From assembly GCF_000002075.1 (NCBI RefSeq), contig NW_004797410.1, positions 146,815 to 210,814 of the forward strand: DNA of 64,000 nucleotides, written 5' to 3'. This stretch comes from Aplysia californica. Taxonomy: Eukaryota. Position numbers and translations under genes: made by a program. Positions 41,624-54,195 of the stretch are shown one piece after another (position 1 is the first letter of the stretch; each line of letters opens with the position of its first letter). A model generated the notes under the pieces. It was given only the letters and a program-made list of their open reading frames with translations. It was not told the DNA's origin and searched no databases.

Positions 41624-41734
41624 GTAAGGAACTTTATTATCACTAGTATTATATTTCTTATAATGAGGCTTTTACTTTTGTTGCCTCCCAAAATTATGTA
41701 TGTCAAAATTTTTATTTCAAATTAACCCTAATGA

Positions 41735-42385
41735 AGTGGCTAGCCGTACTTAACTAGCCTGACAGTCTAGCCGTCCTTAAGTACGACTAGCTTAGCCGTA
41801 AAGCTGTACGGCTAGCCTGCCAGTCTATTGTTAGATCTAGGTTAGGCCCTATTGACTACAACCTGTTGAGTACACAGGTCTCATTAGAACTAGTAATTAT
41901 TCAGGTTTAACATACATGCATGTCAGTAAGGCACCTTTTGGTTTTGTCTGAAAAACAAATACTTTAGGTATTGCAAACTAAAATTTTATTTGCAATTCAG
42001 CCATCATTATTAAGTACAGTTAGCATGCCTGTCTAGCCGTACTTATTTTAAGCCCTATTCCTATTAGGAACCACAGGTCTCATTAATAATTACGCCATAA
42101 ATAATAATTCAGGTTTAATTATTAAATTAATAAATAATTATTCAGGTTTAAAATACTTGCACTGTCAGTAAGGCACCTTTTGTTTTCGTCTCATACAAAT
42201 ACTTTAGGTATTGCAAACTAAAAATTTATTTACAATTCAGTAGGCCTATTTTTTTGCTGTTTGTCAGTCTAGCCATCATTATTAAGTACGGCTAGCCAGC
42301 CGTCTTGCCGTCATTAGGCATGGCTAGCCTGCCTGTCCATACTTAAGTACGACTAGTCTAGCCGCCATTAAGTACGGCTAGCCTC
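41735..42385. repeat. Cluster of CTAGCCGTACTTAA-type repeats in both orientations with an internal duplication of roughly 140-170 bp
   Basis: ctagccgt / acggctag units. 41872-42000 is duplicated at 42072-42240. Confidence 0.75.
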
Positions 42386-43506
42386 TTCCTAACCCTTAAG
42401 TTATATTGGAGGTATTTACTTAGTAATAATAGACAATACTTGGATGAAAACAGACAGAAATTTAGAAAACTATGAGTGTGCTCTGTGGTGGTATAGTATT
42501 CATAGTTGTTTTTTTTGTTGACAGATTTGTTTTTTTAATCAGTTTAAATACACAGCAAGTGTTTTGTTTCTTTTAATTCAGCACTCTTACTATTATTTTA
42601 TAGTAATGTGCGTAGAGATTGTGCTTATTGTTTTGTTTAAAATATTTCAATTGGGTGTAGTTGAGGTTCAAATTAGGAAGTTTATGCTTCCCAGGAAGCT
42701 GGAAATGTTTCTGAGTGTTCTAGAGTCTCGTCTGCTGGGGTAATGATAATAAATAACATAGATTGTAAAATGCATAGAGCTTGCTGTTAAATTATTTCTA
42801 TTATCATTTTTAAGACAAAATGGAATTTTCGCTTTTGTCTGGTGGCCCATTTTTTAACGGGGTGAAAATTTGGGACCCCTATTTTTAGCAGAAATTCTTG
42901 ATGGAGATACATATATCATAGCCCATTTCTGAAACTCCTACTTCTTTTCTCTCTACTGCTGTTTTTGTCTATTAGATCTGAATTTCTTTTTCCTAGCACT
43001 AAATGAGTGTTATTGTCAAATTAAAAAAAAAATCTGAGGCTGATGTTGAGTCAGTGATATAAGATTATGTTGGTTGCTGTAGACAGGCTACTGAATGGTT
43101 ACATGTTGATTTCTTTTATACTGTCACCAGCTTTGTAATGGGACTTGTTTTGGGTTGTTGTTGGTTTTTTTGTTTGTTTGTTTGTTTGTTGTTGTTTTTT
43201 TCTTGTTTTTTTGGGTGGTGGTGCTTCCAACAGGTAAATGGGGTTTTGATTGCATGTCCACCTGTCTTAGGGGTCATGAGGACAGGGTTTTGATATTTGT
43301 TGCTTTTATCAGTTCAGTTACATTTTATGTTGATGTTTGCTTGTATAATTAATGACTTATGATAAAAAACTTGTCTCTTTAGAACTTACTCATAAAAAAT
43401 TCTGTAGTATGTGATCTGTACAATTCCTCCCACTATCCTTCTCAGTATCCTACCAGTTTTAAAATTAATTTCTAACACAATAAACATTTTTTCTGTATTT
43501 CCTCAG

Positions 43507-43627
43507 AGATAAATTTTCTAGTCTTGAGCTGGCTCGGCGTTCTATCAGAATGTTTGTCATGCATAAAAGCCAGATGAATCCAAACCATGAGTTCTCTCTT
43601 CTGGTGTTTCATGATGACTCAACTATG
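43507..43627 (+). CDS. BABAM1: BABAM1 coding exon 3 (DKFSSLELARRSIRMFVMHKSQMNPNHEFSLLVFHDDSTM)
   Basis: Hand translation; matches MFV..K.....HEF.L.V..DD; phase consistent. Confidence 0.92.
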
Positions 43628-44473
43628 GTAAGTTCAGTATAGTTTTTATATATATAAGACTTATAATTATCATGTTTATTCATTGTCGCCACTACATAAA
43701 TTTGTAATTCAGCTTCAAATTTAGCTTCCAGTGTGAAATTGATTAATTTTGTTACCCTGATTTTGAAAATGCTATTATGTAAAGGCTTTGGTTGATATTC
43801 TTTTTTTGTTTTCTATTTTACATCTGAAATTGAATTTTTTTTTTTATTGCCTGGAGAAACTTCAAGCTACCTCAGCCTGCCGGTAAAATATCTGTCATTG
43901 ACAGATATTAGTATGATGACCAGAAGGCTGCTGTTTGGCCTCTATGATGAGGACTTGCTCAAACCTACGTTGCAGGTCTGAGGTAGCCCAAGAACTGACA
44001 GGCATGGGCCCTAACAAATATTTGTCCATAGGATCTTTGACTCATGTAGCCAAGTTTCTGATCCGCCAGAAATTTCCAATTTGAATTATTGTAAAGTTCA
44101 GCTGCAGCTGTACATGCAAGTAGTTGCACTTTTCCCCCCCTTGTGTCTGGCAATCACACAAGACATATTTAGATGATGCAAATGCAAGACTGGCCACATT
44201 GGATTGTCTTTAGTTTAGTTTACAGTCTACCACTAGTCAAGATGGCAGTTGGTGCTATTTAACAGAGGATATTTACACTCTGTTACTGCCAACTTTACAC
44301 TCCTACCAAGGTAGGTAGTATTAAGGGGTTTTGACTGTGCATTGAAAATGACGTATCACTCGTCTGTTTCACATTGTGCACTCCTGGAAAGTCTTGTGGA
44401 GAGCCTAATGTTGCCTGTTTTAGATGGATGAAACATTTCAAGATTAAAGAAAGCTTCTTGCAAGACTGAAATA

Positions 44474-46894
44474 CAGGTTGATTTTTTTTTTAAACTATGC
44501 AACTTTTTTTCTGAATATCTCGCACAAAATTTGTACTAGATCTAGAATGTTGTAATTTGGCAAAAAATTAATTTAAAAGGAATTAGTTAGACATAAAATT
44601 CCCAAAGAATAAACTTATTTTGGAAAATGGAAAGGGCTTTTATAAAAACCACCTATAAATGCAAAATGCGCCAATTTAAAAAATCTTGTAAGGAAAGTCA
44701 TGAAATGATTGGTTTCTTTTTTTTTCTTTTGTTCTCTTTTAATAATCTAATCTCTCCATCCCTGTAACCTTTAACTCATTCGCTACGTATTATTTTCGGC
44801 TTGTAGACGAATTTCTTTCGGGAGGGCGAAATGAGATGATGACTAGTGCGCAGTTCACAGGTCTTGGGGGCCATAAATTCAAATAAATATCAACATATTA
44901 TATACCAACATTTTCAGTATGGTTTGTAGAATACATCTGTAATGTTTATTTGAGTATTTTTCAACTTTGGTTCCTGTAAGAGGCGATTATGCAACACAAT
45001 TGTTATTGGTTGCGGATAAAATTTGAAAACAAAAAATTTATAATCTCAGATGAAACTCAAAAAATATGTTTGCACCTAGTCAAATTATACATCAAAATAA
45101 CCATAACTGTATATAGAACAGGAGAATATTGAAAAATGAGCAGTTATTTACATATATTCCATAATATTTGTACATTTGGATCGTAACCTCCGATATTGAA
45201 AAAAATAATTTTTTAAAATAATTTTGAAAAAAGGATCCCAAACAGAAAAAAAACACTCGTATCTTATATGGAATTATTCAGAATTGCATTTGGAATAAAC
45301 CTATACATGTCTTGGGTGGTACTTTTTGAGTAAATTCACCAAAAAGTAGTGATTTTGGGGAGAAAAAAAAATATTTTGACTATTTAGATCTAGGCCTAGA
45401 TCTAGCACTGAAAAATATTGATTTCTCAATTACAGTGCACTGGCAATTTGAGTCCAGTAGTATCAATATTATAAGAAGAGTCCTACACTTCTTTAGTGAG
45501 CAAAATAATTATACATTTTGTTGTGTAAAAGTACAAAGACTGGTGTCTGGCTATAATTTGGGCTTCACGATAAAACAATGTCGCATAAACTTCGAAATCC
45601 TGCTTCAAAACTGAATCAAAACTTCAGATTTTCGGTGGAAACACTTGACCCGGAAGTCAACTTTATATTATGACCTTTATTTTAACATGGATATGTGGAT
45701 TGGAATAGAAACCAAGCTAAAATTGAACGTCAGTTCTCAAGCCGCCGGGGTCGGCTTTGCGTACTAACGGAACTCTAGCCGCGCCGCCCCCCACGGCTCG
45801 GCGTAGCGAATGAGTTAAACAATATTTCTTTTCTTCTACAGAGTTAAAAAATATATTTTTAAATTCTGGAATTCCGAGAACCAATGGTCTGTATGTCCTC
45901 CTTTGGACTCGACACATTTGAAAGTGTCGTTCGTAATGTTCAGTGGTGGCGTAAAACAAGGATCCACTCAACCATGAGTACTCAAAGTCACACACACTGT
46001 TCACCTTACATTATGAAGCTGTTTCTAGAGACAAGTAGACAGAATTGATATAACCTAAAAGATGAATATGGGATTTGCCAAGGAACCAAATAAATATGTC
46101 ATATAGGAAATGTTCACGCTTTTCAAAGGCTCGAGGAATGATGAACACATAGCTATCCTTTGATAGCTTCATGAACAGGAAAATGGAACAGCTGTAGATG
46201 AAGATATGCCTAGAGAATGGGGACAGTTGAGATGTAGGAAAGTCATTGCTGCAGGCATCGTCTACGGACAGACGTCTCATCCGGCTCGTCTACTGAATTC
46301 TGCACCCTGGTGACGTTTAAAGGGGTGTAAACAGTGTGTGTTTGACTTGAGGTGGTCATTTTGTCTAGGAATTTTTGGTTTTGATTCTCTACAGGTCCTA
46401 ACTGATGGACCATTTCCACCCTTGACATCAAAGAAGGCTTTAAGGGCACTTTAACATTGTTTCCTTACCTTGTGCAAAACTTACGAAATGAGTTGGCGGT
46501 GAGGAAATGTTCAATACAAAAAGCTCTCTGCTCTTTTCTTATCTTTACCATGATCTCAGTAGGCAAAGGAAACTTAAGAAAAACTATCTGCAAACTTCTC
46601 TTGGCCTGTTAGACTGCTGTAGTTTGCAATATGGCGCTATCGTTGGGATTTTTAGTTTAATGCCAAATGCAAACTAGTGCGTCATGCTACAAAAATGGGG
46701 ACATAGCTGAAAATGGGTTGGTTTTTTTACGCACTATGTTGAGCAAAACTATTTGGTGGATTTATCTAAAATGAATATTAGACAAATTCCTTTTGACTTC
46801 CAAATGTTCTGTACAAATTTGAAAGGCAACACTTCTGTGTGAAGGAAAATATTAACAAAAAAAGTTGTACAGTTTTTTTATGGGGATCACCCTG
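44474..46894 (-). mobile_element. Decayed Tc1/mariner element (same family as 50592-52000), interrupted by a piggyBac MITE
   Basis: Ends TA|caggttgat and gatcaccctg. Colinear reverse-complement similarity to 50592-52000, including transposase remnants at about 46000-46550. Confidence 0.8.
44775..45814. mobile_element. piggyBac-type MITE (1040 bp) with perfect 13-bp TIRs and TTAA target duplication
   Basis: TTAA|ctcattcgctacg ... cgtagcgaatgag|TTAA. The empty site is visible in the paralogous mariner copy (about 51700-51726). Confidence 0.92.
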
Positions 46895-47308
46895 AGTTTT
46901 TCTTTACTTTGCACTTTTTGGAATTGATGTGTTTTAGAGGGGGAAAACAGGATGACTCTTGAGGGTTCCTGAAAGATAAAGATGATGAGTTTTGACAACT
47001 AATCTTGCTAAAATCTTGAAAGCGATGTGAAAATGATATGGGTTTTTGAATGAGGAATTTTGTGCTGAAAATAAAGGAAGGAATTAAAACAGAAGTGACT
47101 ATAATTTTCAATGAGAGTTGTTTGTCTAAATTACTTGGATTCAGAAATTGGTGTCAGTTTTACAACAGTTTAGAAACATAAAAGTGCGATATTTTGTTGC
47201 TGTCACCGTGAATTAATAAATATTGAAGAATATTCTTTGATGGAGAAACAGTTTCTTATTAGAAAATAAAGTTTCAGTTTTCTGTGCTTCTTTTATTATC
47301 TTTTGCAG

Positions 47309-47418
47309 ATTCATAACTTAACAAAGAGAGCGAAAGATGTTTTGAACACCCTGGATGAAATTGATATGGCTACAAAGCTTTCAGAGCCATTAGACTTGTC
47401 GCACATGTTTCAAACAGT
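47309..47418 (+). CDS. BABAM1: BABAM1 coding exon 4 (IHNLTKRAKDVLNTLDEIDMATKLSEPLDLSHMFQTV)
   Basis: Strong acceptor ttttgcag and donor gtaagt; the phases join exons 3 and 5. Confidence 0.85.
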
Positions 47419-47609
47419 GTAAGTAAAATGATGTGTACATAAATGTTCACAGGATAAAAAACGTTAAGCTTAAAATATAAAATTAATTTAGTGGGTAATA
47501 TTTTAAGGAATAATAATTTCTTTTGCAATTTCTTTAAGGTCGAGGATTAGAAATTTGCCAATTATGTTTATTAGTGATGAAATCTTTATTTGAGCTTATA
47601 ACTGAAGGC

Positions 47610-48160
47610 TGGATTGGAGCATTGTATAAGCATGCTTTGTTTATCTTAGAACAGGATCTAGTCTGTACATAATGAGCACTCTGGTTACAATCTCTTTGTA
47701 TTGAGTATCGATATTACAAGAGGTTTTGGTGATATTGTCTACACCTCCTTTTGGAGTGGTCATGGTAATGATTTTATTCTTCCTACTTGAGATGCTCTGG
47801 TATTTTGGCTTGATTAAGTCCTTCTTCAGTAGCTAGCAGGGTCTATAACTTCTCTTCCTCCTTGGATGTTACAGGTCATCACCAGTTTATGATGAACAAG
47901 CTATAATTATCATTATTATTATTAGTTCTTTTGCTCGTCCCACTCACATGGATTTGAGCACTGTATAAGCTTGTGTTGTGTTTTGTTGAACAAGATCCAG
48001 TCTAGCTATATAAATAGTGAGCGCTTGTGTCATAGACTTTTGATAATGAGTGTCGATATTTCTAGAAAAGGTTTTGGCAATATTATCTGCACCACTTTCT
48101 GGAGTGATCTTGATAATGTTGTACGCCTTCCACGTTGAGATACCCTGGTCTTTTCAAAAA
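47610..48160 (-). mobile_element. Two tandem diverged 3' fragments of a retroelement, possibly Penelope-like
   Basis: 47610-47800 resembles 47950-48150. The minus frame reads ...NIDTHYQKSMTQALTIYIARLDLVQQN...SM* followed by a (TAA)n-like tail, loosely like a GIY-YIG C-terminus. Confidence 0.35.
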
Positions 48161-48483
48161 TGATGTTGGTTTACTGCAGTTCTTCAGCATATTCTGTGCA
48201 CACCTGACGCAAAGTGCATTGAATATCAGTGGGCAGATATTCACATGTTAATGCTAGCCTAAGTATTTTTGTAACCTAGCAGCAATACAAAAGTTTCCTT
48301 TTATGCTTTTTATGAGACAAAAAAAATATAAGAAGCTATTGTAGAAGCTGTGACAAAGATTTATTGAAGCAATACTTTCTATGCTGAGTTACTTCGATAC
48401 TTCTTTTAGAACTGCTCTCAAACGTCTGGCTTTTTTATACCATAACAAGTATTTTTAAACTGACTTCTCTTGTTTGTCTTCAG

Positions 48484-48607
48484 TAAGGACAATGTCGACC
48501 TTCCAGAAGTCATCGGAGATCCTCAAGTCATACCACCTCCTTATGTTGTGAGGGTCTTACTGGTCTATGGCCGGTCTCAAAGTGTTCCAGTCGGTGCTGG
48601 TTCTGAT
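48484..48607 (+). CDS. BABAM1: BABAM1 coding exon 5 (KDNVDLPEVIGDPQVIPPPYVVRVLLVYGRSQSVPVGAGSD)
   Basis: Signature IPPPYVVR..LVY.R. Confidence 0.95.
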
Positions 48608-50325
48608 GTAAGCACTTTCTGGTTCATTATTTCTCATGTTGGTTTTTACTTTATTACTGGTTGAAGAAGGTAATCTATACTTCCTTTTGTCTTTTCCAAC
48701 ATTTGCTTAGGGAAATATTCGCAGCACTCAGTATTGCATGATGCAAAGAAATCTGCAGTTAAATGATATAGACTTATTTCATTGTTAATGCCCTTTTCAG
48801 TGCCTGGGTTAATACAGCTTGCATAACGGGAGGAGCTACCCTTGAGGATCATTTTCTATGTTTGTTGCCCGATATCAAATCTAAGTACACATATAAGTTA
48901 GGCATAGTAAAATTTCTTGATACACAATTTTATTTTGGCAGAGCTACAGCGGTTGCTATGGAAACGGCCACCCTCTTGAAAATAAACAATGAATTTCAAA
49001 TCTGTAAGGCTTTCTTATTTACTGACCAAATTTAGTGAGAGTATACCTGAACCAGACCCTCTCAGAGTAACAGGAAGTGTTTTTCAATTTAAAAAAAAAA
49101 AAAAAGGATATATAAGAATTTTCCCAAAGTATAAAAACCTTTTTCTAAATTTATTTTGCGTAAACGCTTGCCAATGGAAAAGTGGGTTTTTTTTCGCAAA
49201 CATCTGTCTGTTACATTGATGGAAGCCTTGCCATCCATGTTTACTGAAAGTTTCATGTCTAAAGGATAAAAACTAAGGAAGGAGTAGGGAAAAAAACTGA
49301 AAAAAATTACATTTTGCGAAAAATGACAATTATTGTGAAAATTCACTATATTAACCCATCCTCATATTTTCAAGGGCAATTTACGAGGAGTATAAAGACA
49401 TTCTCAATTGTTTCCATGCTATTTTTAGACAAAAAACTGGTTGATCTTAAAAAATCAGCCAACATAAAATGTGCATAGCCTGACCCAAAATCTGCAAAAT
49501 CAAGGGTCGTTCCTCCCCTGAACACTTTATTCCTGCTCTATATTCCTGATAATTTCTCCTTATACCTGCATGATAAAAGAACCTTTTGTATGAGTTAACC
49601 ATGCAGAAACAACTTGGTGTACACTATTTTTCTTGTAGTATTTTCATGGTGTGAGCAATGCTGTACAAAGCAACTCCAGTTGCCACCCAGCAATGGATTT
49701 GAGCTGCCAAATTGAAGCAAAAAGCTAAGTTGGCAGAATGGTTACAATTCTTTTTCAAGATTACGAAAATATAATCATAACACCCATGATTCTTATGTTT
49801 GAAAATTTATTTGTCACTCTCACCCTCCCAGTGTATAAGGAAGAAAAACAATCAGGCTTTGACTGTTTACATCACCAGGTGACGTACAACTGCCATACTT
49901 TAACACCCTTTCTTCTGTGCCCAGAGTTCTAGTGGTTGCCCAGTGCCACTTTGTCTTTAGAAAAGCATTAGCTGTGGCAGTGCCAGGAGAAAAGCAAACA
50001 CTAGTTTAACAACGTGTTAAAAATTTCCTGTGCTTTGCATTGTGGATGAAGGCCAATGAGCCATTATGAGACAATAAATAAAACCGGAAGATTGTTTGAA
50101 ACAATCAGCCTCAGTACTCAGCGTGGTGTGTAGTGATGCACGTTGGGGATCGAAGGCTTGTAGTGCGTCCTATGGGTGCCTTTTAGCCGGCAGCTAAAAA
50201 CTACCCCCTACCACCACAAGCCGGCTGAGACCTCTTTCATCATGCCTTTGTTTACAACACATTCATCCTTGAACCTGCAACTGCTGTACTTGACACCCCA
50301 GGAAAAAAAGGCTACCCATGACAAT

Positions 50326-52200
50326 ATGTGTCATGACGTGGTTGAATCAGGCCCTCGTCAATTTTTGGGCATGTGGAGTTATTGGTATCATCTGAAAGCT
50401 GATTTGTTTGCCTTGCTTCCAATCAAATAAATATCCATCTATCTTGAATAGAACTCAAGCTGTTTGCGATTGAAGGAGGCGAGGTCGCCTGGTTTCAGTG
50501 GTGAAATTAGCGAGAAAATGGCCGTCAAAGTTTGGTAACTCCAATAGCTAAAGAGTCTTTGAAAACTGAAAAAGACATGTTTTATGTCATACAGGGTGAT
50601 TAAAAAAACTATACAACTTGTTTTGTACATATCTTCCACTATACTAAAGTTTTGTGTTTTAGATTTGAACATAATATTTGCAAGGCAAAAGGAATTTGTC
50701 TGATATTCATTGTAGATAAGTCCATTGAATGGTTTTGCTCTACATGGCGCATTATAAAAACAACCCATTTTCAATCTTGCCCCAATTTTTGTAGCATGAC
50801 GCACCAGTTCACATTAGGCCTATTACTAAAAGCTGCAACAATTACGCCATATTGCCAGCTACAGCTCTCAAACAAGTCAACAGAAGTCTGCAGATATTAT
50901 TTTCTAAAATTTCGTTTGCCTGCTGAGATCATCGTTAAGTTTAGTGAAGAGCAGAGAGCTTTTTGTATTGAACATTACCTCTCCACAGACTCATTATCCC
51001 TGGCTGACATTTCGTAAGTTCTGCGCACGGAACGGAAAGAATGCTTAGGTGCCCTCAAGACCTTTGGTATCATGAGTAGAGAAGTTCCGTCAGTTTGGAT
51101 CTATAGCGAATCAGAACTAAAAACGTCCTAAAAATGACCACTTCAGGTCAAACAGGCACCATGCGCAGCCCTTTTAATGTCACCAGGGTGCAGATTTCAG
51201 TAGTCGAGTCCCGTGAGACGTCTGTCCGTAGACGTTCTGCAGCTAGGACTTTCCTGCACTTCAACAGTCTGCATTCTCATGGCAGATCTTAACCTACGAC
51301 TGTACCAATTTTCATCTTCACTAGGCCAAGATGACATGGATCAGAGCATTGCAATGTGTTCATAATTCCTTGATTGTCTTGAAAAGTGGGATCATTTCCT
51401 CAATGACATTTGGCTTAGTGCAAAGCCCATTTTCACCCTGCTGGATATGTTGACTCCAAAATTACTGTCTATTGGGCTCTACACTCCCTATTGCTTCTAG
51501 AAGCCACTTCATACTGAATATGTAAAGTGTATGTGGCTTTAAACACCCATGGGTTAGCAGGTCCTTGAGTTTGAGCGCCATTGAACATTTTGAATGACTC
51601 GTAAAAAATGTGTCGAGTCCAAAGGAAGGCATGTAGAGCACTGCTTTTAGGAATTCCAGAATGGAACTCTTAGTATTTTAAACTCTGTAAAGGAATTTAA
51701 ATATTGTTTAAATGTTACAGGGATGGAAAATTAAATGGCAAAGAGAAAAAAAAAAAAAAAGTCTACCAATCTTTTCATGACTTCCTTTACAAGATTAAAA
51801 AAAATTGGTGAACTTTGCGTTTTAGGGTGCTTTTTTCTTTAAGCCATTTCCGTTATCAAAATAAGTTTCTTCTTCGTAAATTTTATGTCAAGCAAATTCC
51901 TTTTGAATGAATTATATCTCTTCCAAATTACAACATTCTAGAACAATTTTTGAGCGAGATATTCAGAAAAAAAGTTGTAAAGTTTTTTTGGATCACCCTG
52001 TATTATGAAAAATGTCGTATTTTGTGCCTTTAATCAATATTTTAAAGTAAAATTCACATAAAAATGTGTTTTTATATGGACATAAAGAGGTTGACCAAAA
52101 AATAAAAATTCTATAAAAATTTTCAAACTGGCGGAAAACTGCCTGTTTCTCTGATTTCTGTATTTTGACGAGCACCTGATTTCACCATGCTGCCTCACAT
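50326..52200 (-). mobile_element. MITE family A, copy 4, split by a Tc1/mariner insertion
   Basis: Halves at 50326-50591 and 52001-52200; flanks read AT|ATGTG...CACAT|AT. Confidence 0.8.
50592..52000 (+). mobile_element. Internally deleted Tc1/mariner element with transposase remnants, TA target duplication
   Basis: TA|cagggtgat ... atcaccctg|TA. Remnants VKFSEEQRAFCIEHYLST, ILMADLNLRLY and HFLNDIWLS..AHFH..GYV resemble mariner-like transposases (HTH N-terminus, FSDEAHF motif). Confidence 0.85.
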
Positions 52201-52384
52201 ATTATGAATTGTTATGCTAGATAACTAATTTTTATTAGTGGATTACTAAAACGTACTATGCTTGTGTGGATTAGCAGCCCTGGTCCTTAACGAAAGAAAG
52301 GGGAAATCGGAAAGCTAAAACTATCAAGACTTGACTGCTCGCTTTCTCTGTAGCCATACCGAGCTTCACTCATCTTGTCCACAG

Positions 52385-52471
52385 GTACAGAAAGAGTTAG
52401 AGTCCTCCCCCTACTTTTTTACCGATGTTTTGTACATTCATCAACCACCGTCAGAGGGAAACAAGTGTGAG
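52385..52471 (+). CDS. BABAM1: BABAM1 coding exon 6 (VQKELESSPYFFTDVLYIHQPPSEGNKCE)
   Basis: Matches human PYFFFDVVYIH; canonical splice sites. Confidence 0.93.
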
Positions 52472-52819
52472 GTAAGATCTGCCTGCTTTTTGTGGGATAT
52501 GCTCAGGAGATAGTAGATGAACCGAGAACGTTTTAATAATAATAGTGATAACAGATAACTGCATTTGTGTGACACATATCCGCTCTCCCTGGCATACTCT
52601 ATGATCATTATTACTATTATTACCCCCAGCAGACCATGGAACACTCGGAGACATTCTTGGTTTTCCAGGAAGCCTACAGTGTGCTGCAGATTACACGCAT
52701 TAAAACGCTAACAAACTGACAAAATCTTTTGCTAAGATTTTATCTGATGTGTGGCTGCTTTGTTTAATGAAATGTTTGGGTGTTTATTTAGAAACTTTCT
52801 ATGCCAAGCCACAATAACA

Positions 52820-53115
52820 CAAGGTGTTTCAAAAACAATACACCAAAATCATCCCGTAATATTAAAAAAAATGAAAAAAATGGAAAACTCTAGCTTGGAC
52901 ACATCTATTGAACATACCTGGTACCTTTAAGTTTTTATTTCATGTTTTAAAAGTGCTCAGACAATGTGACCTCAACCGACAGTCTGACAACATCATGCCG
53001 ATATGAGAGTTCCTCTCAAACGCGCTTCAGGGTGTCTTAGTCCACCTTGGTGATTGTAGCTGTTATTCGATCTTTCATGTCATCGATATCTGCTGGAAGT
53101 GGTGGAACATAAACT
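52820..53115 (-). mobile_element. 3'-end fragment of the mariner family seen at 61832-62650
   Basis: Shared aaactctagcttggacacat and ttcctc(t/c)caaacgcgc...tttcatgtcatcgatat...gtggtggaacataaact. Confidence 0.7.
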
Positions 53116-53644
53116 GAGAGGGGGCAAGGATATAGTCTTGTTAGTGATTGGGAGATTAAACATTCTACTTAGATTTTTTGAGTACCGTATTATCCTTTAT
53201 TACATAGACAGTTGCTACAACTGTGGCAGTGACTCATTGCAAGAGTCTTCCTGACAGGGCGTCTCTCCCCATTATTCCTTCTTGTTCTTTAACCTTTTCT
53301 CGATCCTGTAAATCTGTTTTATTTCTTTCCCTGTGACCTGCTCTGCCCTCTCTCTCCATTCCGGTCTCCCCNNNNNNNNNNNNNNNNNNNNNNNNNNNNN
53401 NNNNNNNNNNNNNNNNNNNNNNNNNNNNNNNNNNNNNNNNNNNNNNNNNNNNNNNNNNNNNNNNNNNNNNNNNNNNNNNNNNNNNNNNNNNNNNNNNNNN
53501 TGGCTTGAAGACTTTTCCAGTTATAGAAACTTTCTGGGACAATGTGTAAAATCCGTGGGAAAATAACGCCGTAAGTATTTTCCTCATTGTGAGTTGTTGG
53601 CCACTGTCAATCTTCTTACGCCATTTATTATTTTTTTCTTGCAG

Positions 53645-53845
53645 GAAATATTTTCATCCTTGTGTGACCTGGACCACAATGGTTTGTCCTACATATTTGA
53701 AGTGTCCAAATACACTCCCATCCTGAACAGTGGTGCCAAGCTCCTGGCCCACCCGCTACAGAGACCACAGCAGTTACAGGCGGCTTACAAAATTGGAACG
53801 ACGCCTTCAGCACCGCAACCCATGATGGAAGAGAAATTGCACTGA
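53645..53845 (+). CDS. BABAM1: BABAM1 coding exon 7 (last; EIFSSLCDLDHNGLSYIFEV...AKLLAHPLQRP...)
   Basis: Signature AKLLAHPLQRP; TGA stop. The spliced CDS totals 1140 nt (379 aa). Confidence 0.95.
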   Translation, partial: EIFSSLCDLDHNGLSYIFEVSKYTPILNSGAKLLAHPLQRPQQLQAAYKIGTTPSAPQPMMEEKLH

Positions 53846-53914
53846 ACTGACCACACGTTATTATGAAGACTAGACTAATTGCAATATTTTGATATAGGCT
53901 ATATATATGTGTAA

Positions 53915-54195
53915 TGTTTTTTGAGACACCTGAATAGACATAAAGGTCTTGAATGTCTAGCTCTTACTGGCAAATTTGAAGACAAATGAGAGAGGGGTAG
54001 GCTCAGAGCAACCTCCTTAGAGAACCTAAACAGATGGGTTTGTATAGTATAGGGTTTTACGGCGCTCGCAACTGCTAAGGGTTTAGGGGAAAAATGAGGG
54101 TAACATAGCTTTTCTGAGAGCATCCAGGCAAAGGAATGAATGGAGAACCATGATCGCGTATGTCTGCCTAAGATATGGCACTTGATGATGATGAT
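53915..54195 (+). mobile_element. 3' end of an RTE-like LINE with (TGA)n tail
   Basis: Remnant KGLECLALTGKFEDK*ERGR...RNEWRTMIAYV..YGT* followed by tgatgatgatgat. Confidence 0.65.
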
